Below, in pieces: positions 1 through 10,070 of a stretch of DNA of 64,000 bases. This DNA comes from Deferribacterales bacterium (GTDB taxonomy: Bacteria; Chrysiogenota; Deferribacteres; Deferribacterales; Geovibrionaceae). The position numbers were made by a program, and so were the translations under genes. Every line of letters begins with the position of its first letter. The first letter of the stretch is position 1. Where the stretch lies: positions 32,001-96,000 of the forward strand of contig JBFWJG010000001.1 in assembly GCA_050253335.1 (NCBI GenBank), written 5' to 3'. The notes under the pieces were generated by a model. The model was not told where the DNA came from, did no database searches, and saw only the letters and a list, made by a program, of their open reading frames with translations.

Positions 1-603
1 TGCGTACCTCTTTTTTATCTGTCCGAGCCATCGCTGAGAAACGCCGGATTCGCGGAAGGAATTCTCATTTCGTCTTTCCAGGTTATGACCGCCTCAACAA
101 CAGCCGGGTTTAACACCGTGCCCATCGGCGATCTTACCCCTGCCTCTCTTACTCTTCTAATTATAGCTATGGTAATCGGAGCATCGCCAAGCGGCACTGG
201 CGGCGGGATAAAAACAACATCCGTGTCCTCCTGCATAGGCATAGTGATGAGTATTTTAAGGGGCAGAAGCACGGTAACCTTTTTCGGACACTCAATTCCC
301 GACATAAGACTTATGACAGCGGTTGCTTCAGTATCTATTTATATGGGGGTGCTTGCTGCCGGAGTTTTCACGCTGAGCATGGCGGAGGAGCAGGAATATA
401 TTAAACTTGTGTTTGAGGCAGCCTCAGCATTGGGTACAGTAGGACTAAGCATGGGAATAACCGGTGAACTGGGAAATACGGGGAAAATCATTGTAACGCT
501 TCTTATGTTTTTGGGAAGGGTCGGACCGCTTACAGTAGGGCTTTCTCTTTTCCATTCGGGCAAAGAGTTGGGGAAAAACAAGAAGAGTGATTTGGCAGTT
601 TAA
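1..603 (+). CDS. trkH: TrkH/KtrB potassium uptake membrane subunit (5' truncated by window edge)
   Basis: TAGFNT, IGASPSGTGGGIKTT, FEAASALGTVGLSMG and LMFLGRVGPLT motifs typical of TrkH/KtrB pore repeats. Confidence 0.9.
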   Translation, partial: CVPLFYLSEPSLRNAGFAEGILISSFQVMTASTTAGFNTVPIGDLTPASLTLLIIAMVIGASPSGTGGGIKTTSVSSCIGIVMSILRGRSTVTFFGHSIPDIRLMTAVASVSIYMGVLAAGVFTLSMAEEQEYIKLVFEAASALGTVGLSMGITGELGNTGKIIVTLLMFLGRVGPLTVGLSLFHSGKELGKNKKSDLAV

Positions 604-650
604 TTTTAACGTCTCTTCCGTTGCTGAACACAGCGGAAGAGACTATCGTC

Positions 651-902
651 TTATTCCACTCTTTTTCCGGTTTCCGAATCTATGAGATGCAGGTCGCCGT
701 TTGTTATGCCGATGCCCACTTCAAGGCAGCTGTAAACGAATTCTTCAAAGCTCATGCCGTTTACTTCGCAAGCCTGATTGATTTCGTCCATAAATTCTTT
801 CTCCATGGCAAAAGCCATGCTCACCATATTCTCTTCATCAATTTCGTGGTCATGGTCGTGGCTGCCGCAGCCGCCGCTTCCGCATCCGCATTTGTCGCTC
901 AT
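651..902 (-). CDS. Small acidic protein with Cys/His-rich N-terminus (putative metal-binding)
   Basis: 83 aa ORF with AAGGAG RBS right after the kinase stop; starts MSDKCGCGSGGCGSHDHDHE. Confidence 0.65.
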   Translation of the reverse strand: MSDKCGCGSGGCGSHDHDHEIDEENMVSMAFAMEKEFMDEINQACEVNGMSFEEFVYSCLEVGIGITNGDLHLIDSETGKRVE

Positions 903-911
903 GTTTTCTCC

Positions 912-3068
912 TTATATGAATCCGGTGAAATTATCTATCGTTCCGGTTAATGAGTCAATATCGAACTCTTTTGCATCTTTTGCAAGTTTTTCCGCCCAGT
1001 TTTTCAATTCTTTTATATTTTCCCTTTCGGCAATGGAAAGGGCAAGCGCGGCGAAGCTCTCCATATCGCTTATTACGAACCTGCGTGAGATCTTCTGCCA
1101 TTTGTCATGCAGTTCGCGGCGGATAATCTCCCGCTGTTCGTCCGTTATGTCGGCTGGGGTTGCTGCTTCTGCCTGCTCATTCCGGCTGACTGACCTGTGC
1201 CTGAGGAAGGCTTTCAGCGCGCCCGTAAGTTCAGACGGAATTATGGGTTTTTTCACATATGCCGAGCAGCCGCAGGCGAATGCCTCTTCCATCCTGTCAC
1301 TCAGCACATCCGCCGAAACCGCTATGAGCGGTATATGCGCTGTTGCCTGGTCGCTTTTAAAAAGCTTCGCCGCGGAATAGCCGTCCGTTCCGGGCATTTT
1401 CATATCAAGCAGAACGATATCCGGCAGGTGCGCCGCCGCCTTTTCATAGGCTTCCTGCCCGTTTTCCGCCTCTATGAATGTAAAAGGGTGTTCCCTGAGA
1501 AGCAGCCGGATCAGGAAACGGTTCTGCGGACTGTCATCCGCTATGAGGATAGCGGCAGGCTCAAATATGACCTGCTCATTCTCTTTTGTTGCCTGTGCCA
1601 AGGAGCCGCATACCCCGACATCCCTGAATGTCACTGTGAAAAGGGAGCCTTCGCCCTTGACGCTTGAAAGGCTTATTGTGCCGTTCATGGCTTCCGTGAG
1701 TTTTTTTGTTATGGCGAGCCCCAATCCTGTTCCCCCGTATTTTGCGTGATCCTGCCCCTGCTGCTGGGTAAAGTTGTCAAAAATTCTCTCAAGCTGGCTT
1801 TCGTCAATCCCTATGCCCGTATCCTGAACCGTTATGATTATGGAGCATAGCCCGCTTTCAGTTTTTTCTTCTGTGCAGGAGAGCTTTATGAAACCTTTGT
1901 GAGTGAACTTGACCGAATTCCCCACAAGGTTGAAAAGAATCTGCCTGAGTCTTGTTCCGTCGAAAAGCACGGTGCTTCCGCATTTTTCGGTATCCTTAAT
2001 GAGCCTGATCCCTTTCTGCCTGACGGTTTCGGAGAAAATTTCCGCAGTTTCGTCAAACACGCTGCATATATTAAGCGGCGCAGGGTTTATATCTATTCTG
2101 CCGGATTCTATTTTAGAGAGATCCAGCAGGTCGTTGATAAGCTTCATGAGGGTTTCGCCGCTGTTTTTGATTGAGTTCAGAAGGTTAGCGTGTTCAGGTT
2201 CCTTTATGTCCCTGCTCAGCATCTCGGCAAAACCAAGGATGATGTTCATCGGGGTGCGTATCTCATGGCTGATGTTGGCGAGAAACTCGCTTTTTGCTCT
2301 GTTGGCTGCATCCGCCGCTTCCTTGGCGGCTTTCAGCTCCTCTGTCCTGCTGACTTTCAGCAGGTTGTCGTGATAGCGGGCAAAGAGGATGTTCAGTGAT
2401 TCCGTGAGAACCCCGAGCTCATCCTTTGCGTGCCTCTCGGATATATTGATGCTGTATATTGACTGGTTTGAGGGGTCGGCTCCGGCGAGCTTTTCAGCGA
2501 TTTTCTGGATCTGCCGGACAAGGGTGATGTGAAACGAGACGGCGTAGAGAAGGGAGAGAACGGCGGTTACAAGAAATGTGCTTATGATTACCGTTCCCGC
2601 GTGAGCCGCGAAATCACCGGCTATGTTGGCTGTGTCCGGGTATATCTCGGCATAGCCTGCGTAGTGCCAGTTTTTGCCGTAAATCAGAGGAAACCGGAAC
2701 GACTCCTTTCCGGTATAAAGGCTCTTTATTATTTCCACAGAAAAGCTTGTTTCTCTGTCGGGCGCTCTGCTTTCCGCCAGAGTCTCTTCCCTGTCGTTAA
2801 TAAGACGGACTTTTTTCACTATCCCGACTTCGGTGAGTCCGTCCGTTATGCTCTGGGCAAGGCTTTTGTTCCCTGTCACAAGGGCGTGTCCCGCCGTCTG
2901 GGACATCATGGAGGTTATTTTCTGAAGACGGTTTTCCACCCCTTCCTGCTCTCTTCTGAAATCGAACCAGAGCAGGACTATGCTGAGCAGAAGCCCGAGG
3001 GTGAAGGCAATGAAAAAGGTCATCTTCGCCTGCTTGTAGGGCAGGCTCTGGGTGAATTTAACTTTCAT
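912..3068 (-). CDS. Membrane hybrid sensor histidine kinase (TM-HAMP-HisKA-HATPase-REC)
   Basis: H-box FLANISHEIRTPMN, N-box NLVGNSVKFT, DTGIG, GGTGLGL, receiver ADDS...LLDMKMP...KP. Confidence 0.93.
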   Translation of the reverse strand: MKVKFTQSLPYKQAKMTFFIAFTLGLLLSIVLLWFDFRREQEGVENRLQKITSMMSQTAGHALVTGNKSLAQSITDGLTEVGIVKKVRLINDREETLAESRAPDRETSFSVEIIKSLYTGKESFRFPLIYGKNWHYAGYAEIYPDTANIAGDFAAHAGTVIISTFLVTAVLSLLYAVSFHITLVRQIQKIAEKLAGADPSNQSIYSINISERHAKDELGVLTESLNILFARYHDNLLKVSRTEELKAAKEAADAANRAKSEFLANISHEIRTPMNIILGFAEMLSRDIKEPEHANLLNSIKNSGETLMKLINDLLDLSKIESGRIDINPAPLNICSVFDETAEIFSETVRQKGIRLIKDTEKCGSTVLFDGTRLRQILFNLVGNSVKFTHKGFIKLSCTEEKTESGLCSIIITVQDTGIGIDESQLERIFDNFTQQQGQDHAKYGGTGLGLAITKKLTEAMNGTISLSSVKGEGSLFTVTFRDVGVCGSLAQATKENEQVIFEPAAILIADDSPQNRFLIRLLLREHPFTFIEAENGQEAYEKAAAHLPDIVLLDMKMPGTDGYSAAKLFKSDQATAHIPLIAVSADVLSDRMEEAFACGCSAYVKKPIIPSELTGALKAFLRHRSVSRNEQAEAATPADITDEQREIIRRELHDKWQKISRRFVISDMESFAALALSIAERENIKELKNWAEKLAKDAKEFDIDSLTGTIDNFTGFI

Positions 3069-3129
3069 AGCCCATGATCAGACAGAACAGGGAAATTATC
3101 AATATAAAAGTGTATTTAAACAGTGCTTT

Positions 3130-4116
3130 TCAAAGTATAACCACTGTACGGCCTGAGGCTTCTCCGGCGATCATGGCTTTAATTTTTTCATCCAGTCCGC
3201 CGAGGCCTGTTTCCGTTGTGATTTCAGCGAGGCGGGCAGGCTTCCATTCCCCCGCCAGCCTGTTCCAAGCTCTGATCCGCTTATCCTTGGGGCACTCCAC
3301 GGAGTCAATGCCGATGAGACTTACCCCGCGGAGAATGAAGGGAAAAACGTTGATATTAAGCTCCGGTGAAAACGCCAGACCGCAGCAGGAGACAGCACCG
3401 CCGTACTTAACTGATTTCAGCAGAGCAGACAGGGCGTTTCCGCCGAGAACATCTATCCCGCCGTCCCATACGGGCTTCATGAGCGGCTTTTCCGAACCCG
3501 CAGTGAAGTCGGTGCGGGAGATGATGCTTTCTGCTCCGAGGCTTCTGAGAAAAGGCTCAAGGTCAGGCTTGCCTGTGACTGCGCACGGGGAAAAGCCTTC
3601 GGCAGCCAGAATGGAGAGTGCAATGCTTCCCACACCGCCTGTCGCCCCTGTAACAGCTATGCGGCCGCCCCTGAGCCCCATATGCAGCAGACCGTCAACG
3701 CAGAGAGCGGCGGTGAGCCCCGCTGTTCCGAGGGACATGCTTTCCTTCATTGTAAGCCCGTCCGGCAGGGGCAGAACCCACGCGGACGGGACACGTATAT
3801 ACTCTCCGAAGCCGCCTGAGGTGTTCATGCCGAGGTCGTAACCTGTGACAATTACCCTGTCGCCTTCTCTGAAGCTGCCGTCCGTGCACTCAGCCACCTC
3901 TCCGGCGGCGTCAATGCCCGGAGTGTGCGGATATTTTTTCGTTACTCCCTTATTGCCGGAGGCAGACAGGGCGTCCTTATAGTTCAGGGACGAACAGCGG
4001 ACACGGATAAGCACTTCTCCCGACGGAAGATCATCGGTGCTGCGTTCTGTTATCCCGCAGGAATATGTTCCGTCCGTGTTTTCAGATGTAACGTAAGCCC
4101 TGAACAAGGTTCCCAT
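3130..4116 (-). CDS. YhdH/AcuI family MDR quinone oxidoreductase (acryloyl-CoA reductase-like)
   Basis: SSLNYKDAL, PGIDAAG, VTGATGGVGS, PFILRGVSLIGIDS. Confidence 0.9.
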   Translation of the reverse strand: MGTLFRAYVTSENTDGTYSCGITERSTDDLPSGEVLIRVRCSSLNYKDALSASGNKGVTKKYPHTPGIDAAGEVAECTDGSFREGDRVIVTGYDLGMNTSGGFGEYIRVPSAWVLPLPDGLTMKESMSLGTAGLTAALCVDGLLHMGLRGGRIAVTGATGGVGSIALSILAAEGFSPCAVTGKPDLEPFLRSLGAESIISRTDFTAGSEKPLMKPVWDGGIDVLGGNALSALLKSVKYGGAVSCCGLAFSPELNINVFPFILRGVSLIGIDSVECPKDKRIRAWNRLAGEWKPARLAEITTETGLGGLDEKIKAMIAGEASGRTVVIL

Positions 4117-4127
4117 ATTTTCCTCCG

Positions 4128-5294
4128 TCAGTATGCCATCTTGAGAATGGCAAGGATATCTTTTGATTTAAGCTTTCTGAACTCGCCTATTTCCCCGAAG
4201 CGCACGGCTCCTTCGGCCATTTTCTGGAGCGAATCCTCCTCCACTCCGGTTTCCGAAAGCCTCGCCGGAAGACCGATTGAAGTGTAGAAAGCTCTCAGGC
4301 GGTCTATCCCTTCAAGGGCGGCCGCTTTTTTATCAGCATTTTCCGGAACACCGAAAACATTCACGGCAAGATTGTAAAACTTGTCTGCATTGCTGTCGTC
4401 CATCACATATTTCATCCAGTTCGGGAAAAGGATCGCAAGCCCCGCTCCGTGGGATATGTCGAATATGGCACTCACCTCATGCTCTATCACATGATTTGCC
4501 CAGTCCCCCTCCCTGCCGAGTGAAAGGAGCGTGTTCAGGGCAAGGTTGCCCGCCCAGAGGATCTCCGCCCTCGCTGTGTAGTCTCGGGGGTTTTCCAAAA
4601 CGATCGGCGCGTATTTCAGGCATGTTTTCAGCAGGGCTTCACACAGCCTGTCCTGAGTGAAGGTGTCCGGCGTGGGCGAGAAATACTGCTCGAATATGTG
4701 GCTCATAATGTCTGCCACCCCTGCCGCGGTGTGGAAGGGGGGAACGGTGTAGGTGTATTCCGGGTCGAGTATGGAAAACTTAGGCCAGAGTATCGGGGAA
4801 TAAACCGCCAGCTTCTGGTTTGTTTCGATGTTGGATATTACTGCGTTTCCGTTTGATTCGGAGCCTGTGGCGGCAAGGGTGAGAACCGTGCCTATGGGCA
4901 GTGCCTTGTTTATGGCCGCTTTGCGCAGGCAGAAGTCCCACGGATCGCCGTCATAGCTGACTGAGCCCGCTATGAGCTTGGCGCAGTCTATCACGCTGCC
5001 GCCGCCCACGGCGAGGATGAAGTCTATGTTCTCCTCCCTGCAGATGCGCACCCCTTCGCGCACGCTGGTTATGCGGGGGTTAGGCTCGATTCCGCCCAGC
5101 TCTGTGTAAAAGAGACCTCTGTCCGTGAGTTTGTCGGTTATAGTCTGAAAAAGTCCGTCCTGTTTTATCCTTTTGCTTCCGTAGCAGATGAGCACCCTTG
5201 TCGCGCCGTATTTTTCCATCTGTCTGCCGAGAACCTTTATCTGGTTTCTGCCGAAGAAAATTTTTGTGGGGATGTTCAGTGTGAAATTGTCCAT
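4128..5294 (-). CDS. Iron-containing alcohol dehydrogenase (butanol dehydrogenase/YqhD-like)
   Basis: GGIEPNP, AVGGGSVID, TLAATGSE, H-x-IEHEVSA, HGAGLA. Confidence 0.92.
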   Translation of the reverse strand: MDNFTLNIPTKIFFGRNQIKVLGRQMEKYGATRVLICYGSKRIKQDGLFQTITDKLTDRGLFYTELGGIEPNPRITSVREGVRICREENIDFILAVGGGSVIDCAKLIAGSVSYDGDPWDFCLRKAAINKALPIGTVLTLAATGSESNGNAVISNIETNQKLAVYSPILWPKFSILDPEYTYTVPPFHTAAGVADIMSHIFEQYFSPTPDTFTQDRLCEALLKTCLKYAPIVLENPRDYTARAEILWAGNLALNTLLSLGREGDWANHVIEHEVSAIFDISHGAGLAILFPNWMKYVMDDSNADKFYNLAVNVFGVPENADKKAAALEGIDRLRAFYTSIGLPARLSETGVEEDSLQKMAEGAVRFGEIGEFRKLKSKDILAILKMAY

Positions 5295-5414
5295 TCTTTG
5301 TCCTCCGTATTAATATAAGGATAGCATGTATACGGATTGGTTCAAGCCCCGTGTTCCCTATATTGCCTTTACTGTGAGCCTTTATTCTGGTATTAATCCG
5401 TTTAAGAGGGCGCT

Positions 5415-6272
5415 ATGAAGAAAAACATAGGGAAAATAACAATAAAGATAATAATGGTTCTGCTGATCCTCGGTCTGGTCGGCAGGGCGGTTTATGTTCT
5501 CAGCGGAGCGGAAGGCGGTCATCTTCCGGAAAACACCGTGGCGGAGCTTTCAATAACCGGAATAATTTACGAGGCTGATTCTGTTATAGAAACCCTTGAG
5601 GAGCTTTCCAAGAACGAGAAGGTCAAGGGGATAATACTCAGGGTGAACAGCCCGGGCGGAGTGATTACGCCGACCAAGGAAATTTTCGACTATATCCAGA
5701 CAATCAACAAGCCTGTCTATGCCTCCATGGAGAGCGTGGCGGCCTCCGGCGGATATTACGTTTCCGCGGCGTGCGACCGCATATTTGCCATGCCGACCAC
5801 GATTACGGGGAGCATAGGCGTCATCATGCAGCTTTCAAACTATGAAAAACTCATGAACACCATAGGCATAAAAAACTTTGCCCTGAAAAGCGGCGAGTTT
5901 AAGGATATAGGTTCGCCTGACAGGGAAATGACGGATGCGGAGAGGGATATCCTCATGAGCACTGTTATGGATATGTACGAACAGTTTATAGAGGACATCC
6001 AGAAGCGCAGAAACATGGATGAGGCTGTTCTCCGCGCACAGGCGGACGGCAGGGTCTTCACGGGGAAGCGCGCCTTTGAGATGGGTTTTGTGGACAACCT
6101 CGGCAGCAGAAGAGACGCCTTCGAGGAGATGAAGAACGAACTCAGGCTTGAGAATGTCGAGCTGAAAAATTTTGATAAAAAGCTTACCGTCTGGGACAAG
6201 TTCTTCGGCAGGGTCGAGGGGCTCAACCTCGGGGGCGGGGCTCATTTCATGTATCTGTACAAAGGGTACTGA
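5415..6272 (+). CDS. sppA: Signal peptide peptidase SppA (36K type, S49)
   Basis: N-terminal TM, LRVNSPGG, AASGGYY, TGSIGV, DGRVFTG. Confidence 0.92.
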   Translation: MKKNIGKITIKIIMVLLILGLVGRAVYVLSGAEGGHLPENTVAELSITGIIYEADSVIETLEELSKNEKVKGIILRVNSPGGVITPTKEIFDYIQTINKPVYASMESVAASGGYYVSAACDRIFAMPTTITGSIGVIMQLSNYEKLMNTIGIKNFALKSGEFKDIGSPDREMTDAERDILMSTVMDMYEQFIEDIQKRRNMDEAVLRAQADGRVFTGKRAFEMGFVDNLGSRRDAFEEMKNELRLENVELKNFDKKLTVWDKFFGRVEGLNLGGGAHFMYLYKGY

Positions 6273-6274
6273 GA

Positions 6275-6466
6275 ATGCGTGTTTCACTTCTGTTCGTGCT
6301 TGTGCTCGCTTTTCTGCTCTCTTCGTGCTCCAAAAGGGGCGTTTATGAAAGCATGATGCAGAACGAGCGCAGGCAGTGCGACGAACTCAGAGGCGCAGAC
6401 AGGGAAGACTGTCTTATCAGAACGGAAAAATCATACAGCGACTATATGCGTGATATGGGGAAATAG
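6275..6466 (+). CDS. Small lipoprotein
   Basis: Hydrophobic signal plus lipobox LSSC; directly follows sppA. Confidence 0.65.
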   Translation: MRVSLLFVLVLAFLLSSCSKRGVYESMMQNERRQCDELRGADREDCLIRTEKSYSDYMRDMGK

Positions 6467-6471
6467 AGGGC

Positions 6472-8112
6472 TCAGAGACTGCTCAGCCGCACAGCGGTTC
6501 TGTTTGCCTCGTCCTTGCATATATGCTTTCTTGCGTGGGCAAAGGCTCCGCCCAGAGTGGGGAAAATATGCTGAGGCGGGAGATACCCGCTTATCTCAAG
6601 ATCAATAAGCCTTTCCTTCAGCGCGTCATTAGCCACTATCATGGCTATTATGCCGCTCTCTTTAATATTCACCAGCATTTCCGTGAGGGCGAAAAATCCC
6701 GAATAATCTATGAACGGAACCTTTGAGCAGTTGAAGATCACAACCTCGTTATCCAGTATGCTCCCCACCTTTCCCACAACCTGAGTGGCAGAACCGAAAA
6801 AGAACGGTCCGCTCACATCCACAACCCTTATCAGATGCCTGCTTCCCTCTCCTGAACCGCAGGGGGCGGAATCCGCCGTGTCCAGATCCACATCGTCCAC
6901 CTGAGTCTGCGTCTGTTTTGCTATGCGGTAGGTGAGAAGAACCGAAGCCGCCACAAGCCCCACGCCGACAGCCACAATGAGATCCACAAAAACCGTGAGC
7001 ACAAGGACAATGGCCATCACCGCTATGTCGTGTCTCGGAGCCTTTTTAATTATCTTGAGGAAGCGGTAGTCGACTATGTCAAACCCTACCTTGATCAGTA
7101 TCCCCGCCAGAACAGAGAGTGGAACCTTTTCCGCCTGCTCGCCGAAGCCGAGAACAAACCCTAGCAGAAGAAGAGCGTGAACAACGCCGGAAAGTCTTGT
7201 TGTTCCGCCTGATTTAACGTTTATTACTGTGCGCATGGTTGCTCCCGCCCCGGGGATTCCTCCGGCGAGGGCGGAAAGCATGTTCCCCAGTCCCTGACCG
7301 AAAAGCTCTTTATCCGGCTTATGTTTTGTGCGGGTGAGGGAATCGGCGACGAGGGAGGTGAGCAGGCTGTCTATGGAGCCGAGAACGGCAAGGCTCAGGG
7401 CGGTTGTGACAATGAAGGTAAGCTGGCCAATGGAAAATTCCGGAAGGTGAAGCGAGGGCAGACCCGAGGGGATGTCTCCTATGACCGCCGTGTCTATCCC
7501 TGCGGTGACAGCAAGCAGGGTCATCCCCGTGAGCGCAATAAGCGGAGAGGGGAGAACGGCTGTAACTTTTTTCGGGGTAAGAAATACAATGGCGAGAGTC
7601 AAAAGCCCCAGAGCGAGGTCGTTCGGGCTGAAGTCAGTGAAAATCCTCCCTGCCTCGGAAACCGCCATAAGCGGGGAGCGGACGCTTCCTGCTCCAGTGA
7701 GCGGGTGAAGCTGGAGAAGGATTATAATGATGCCGATTCCGGTCATGAAGCCGGATATAACAGGATAGGGGATGTAGCGGATAAGTCCGCCGATTCGGCA
7801 GAAACCGAGAAGCATCTGGAAAAGTCCGCCGAGGAAGATGATTGTTACCACAAAGGTCATGTCTCCGTGGTAGAGGGCGACAGCGGATGCGGTGACAACG
7901 GTCATCGGGCCTGTGGGGCCTGAGATCTGAACCGGAGTTCCGCCGAAAAGGGCTGCCGTGAGCCCCAGAATTATTGCGCCGTAAAGCCCCGCCTGAGCAC
8001 CTGCTCCGCTTGCCACTCCGAAAGCCAGCGCAAGGGGAAGGGCGATAACCCCCGCGGTTATCCCTCCGTATAAATCTCCTGCCAGTCGCTTCGTGTAGTC
8101 TCTCTTTCTCAT
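6472..8112 (-). CDS. SulP/SLC26 anion (bicarbonate/sulfate) permease with STAS domain
   Basis: ALPLALAFGVASG, ISGPTGPM, GATMRT, C-terminal GPFFFG/DYSG STAS. Confidence 0.93.
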   Translation of the reverse strand: MRKRDYTKRLAGDLYGGITAGVIALPLALAFGVASGAGAQAGLYGAIILGLTAALFGGTPVQISGPTGPMTVVTASAVALYHGDMTFVVTIIFLGGLFQMLLGFCRIGGLIRYIPYPVISGFMTGIGIIIILLQLHPLTGAGSVRSPLMAVSEAGRIFTDFSPNDLALGLLTLAIVFLTPKKVTAVLPSPLIALTGMTLLAVTAGIDTAVIGDIPSGLPSLHLPEFSIGQLTFIVTTALSLAVLGSIDSLLTSLVADSLTRTKHKPDKELFGQGLGNMLSALAGGIPGAGATMRTVINVKSGGTTRLSGVVHALLLLGFVLGFGEQAEKVPLSVLAGILIKVGFDIVDYRFLKIIKKAPRHDIAVMAIVLVLTVFVDLIVAVGVGLVAASVLLTYRIAKQTQTQVDDVDLDTADSAPCGSGEGSRHLIRVVDVSGPFFFGSATQVVGKVGSILDNEVVIFNCSKVPFIDYSGFFALTEMLVNIKESGIIAMIVANDALKERLIDLEISGYLPPQHIFPTLGGAFAHARKHICKDEANRTAVRLSSL

Positions 8113-8388
8113 AGGTTTGCCCCGCCTGTATGGGAAAGCTGTGTTTCTGCGCGCGCGGTGGTTATGAACAATGACTTATAACGGATTTTCCCTGTTTGCG
8201 TCCTTTGTGTCAACTGGTTTTCAGTGAAATGTTAAAAAAATATCACTGCTGTATAAGTTAAAATTTAATAAGGTTCGATATAGGTTAACTGAATCCGTTT
8301 TGACGAAAAAAAGGAACAGCCCTTTGCTATTGAATATTTCCGGTTTATTGACATATACTCCCATATTGTGACGGATTACGGAGGGGAG

Positions 8389-9912
8389 ATGTTCTGCCGG
8401 ATTTTTTCCGCCCATGTGGCAGGGATCGAAGGGGTTCTCATTGAGGTTGAGGTGGATACGGCAAATGTCGGTCTTCCGTCTTTCAGCATGGTGGGGCTTG
8501 CGGAAGCCTCCGTCCGTGAAAGCAGGGATAGGGTGCGTTCCGCTCTGAAAAACATGGGCTTTTCCATTTTCAACAAGCCGATCACGATTAACTTTGCTCC
8601 CGCGGACTTCCGCAAGGAGGGGACGGGGTTTGATCTGCCTGTAGCGGTCGGCCTTCTCAAATCCGCAGGGCACACGGACGCGGACACTGATAAAACTCTT
8701 TTCATAGGAGAGCTTTCGCTGGACGGCAGGCTCCGCCCCGTGAGCGGGGTTTTGTCCGTGACCTATGCCGCCCGTGAGAAGGGGTTCGAAACCGTCATAC
8801 TGCCTAAAGAGAATGTGGCAGAGGCTTCCCTCGTCAGCGGCATCAGGATCGGCGGGGCGGAAAGCCTCTCGGAAGTGCTTGCATGGCTTGGGGGAAACGG
8901 CGGGGTTTCATTCGCCGGAAACACAGGGACGCAAAAGAAGCCGGCGGTCGAGCCCCTGCACGACTTCAGGGATGTAAAAGGCCAGTTCACAGCCCGCCGC
9001 GCGGCGGAGGTCGCCGCCGCCGGAATGCACAATATCCTCATGATAGGCCCCCCGGGAAGCGGGAAGACAATGATCGCCCGCAGACTGCCCGGGATTCTGC
9101 CTCCGCTGGATATGGAAGAGGCGATAGAGACCCTCAAGATTCATTCAGTTGCGGGGCTGGTGAGGAATGTTTCCGATATAAGTTTTGAGCGCCCTTTTGT
9201 CTCCCCGCATCACACAAGCAGTTCCGTCTCCATTGTGGGCGGAACCTCCCGCGCCAAACCCGGTCAGGTGAGCATAGCCCACAACGGAATACTCTTCATG
9301 GACGAGTTTCTGGAGTTTAACCGCAGTGTTCTGGAAACCCTCCGCCAGCCCATGGAGGACAAGGAAGTGACTGTGGCCAGAGCGGACAGAACAGTGAAGT
9401 ACCCTGCTTCGTTCATGCTTGTTGCCGCCTGCAACCCCTGCCCCTGCGGCTACTACGGCGATTCCAGACGGGAGTGCGCCTGCTCGCCCTCTCAGGTTCA
9501 GAAATACCGCACACGCCTCTCCGGCCCCTTGCTGGACAGGATAGATATACACATGGAAGTGAAGGCGGTTGACCTGAAGGAACTCGCCGGACTTGACGAC
9601 GGCGAATCATCCGAAAGCATGAGAGAAAGAGTGATGAACGCCCACAGGATGCAGAAGGAGCGTTTCAGGGGGGATAAGATTCTCCTAAACTCCCAGATGG
9701 GTGAAAAGCAGATAAAGAAATACTGCAGGCTTGATGATAAAAGCATGAAGCTTCTGGAAAACGCCTGCGACCGTTTCGGCTATTCCGCCAGGGCATATTC
9801 CAAAATCCTTAAAGTCGCACGCACACTGGCTGATATGGATAACAGTTCTGATATTCAGTCTAAGCATGTTCTGGAGGCGCTCCATTACAGACTTCTGGAC
9901 AGGGAAGTCTGA
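8389..9912 (+). CDS. comM: ComM/YifB Mg-chelatase-like AAA+ ATPase
   Basis: GGAGGGG RBS before ATG 8389; GELSLDG, GPPGSGKT, SPHHTSS, NPCPCG, SARAY. Confidence 0.93.
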   Translation: MFCRIFSAHVAGIEGVLIEVEVDTANVGLPSFSMVGLAEASVRESRDRVRSALKNMGFSIFNKPITINFAPADFRKEGTGFDLPVAVGLLKSAGHTDADTDKTLFIGELSLDGRLRPVSGVLSVTYAAREKGFETVILPKENVAEASLVSGIRIGGAESLSEVLAWLGGNGGVSFAGNTGTQKKPAVEPLHDFRDVKGQFTARRAAEVAAAGMHNILMIGPPGSGKTMIARRLPGILPPLDMEEAIETLKIHSVAGLVRNVSDISFERPFVSPHHTSSSVSIVGGTSRAKPGQVSIAHNGILFMDEFLEFNRSVLETLRQPMEDKEVTVARADRTVKYPASFMLVAACNPCPCGYYGDSRRECACSPSQVQKYRTRLSGPLLDRIDIHMEVKAVDLKELAGLDDGESSESMRERVMNAHRMQKERFRGDKILLNSQMGEKQIKKYCRLDDKSMKLLENACDRFGYSARAYSKILKVARTLADMDNSSDIQSKHVLEALHYRLLDREV

Positions 9913-10070
9913 TATCCGCATCTTGCGGGGAAGAAAACACTTTTTCACCCATAGCCGATGAATCACACTCATTATTAACTAGTAAATTATTTTCGTTAAT
10001 CGAGCATATCCGCATGTATGTTTTCCTGAAATATGATATTATAAATCATAATTAACAGCTAGGGTTTAAC

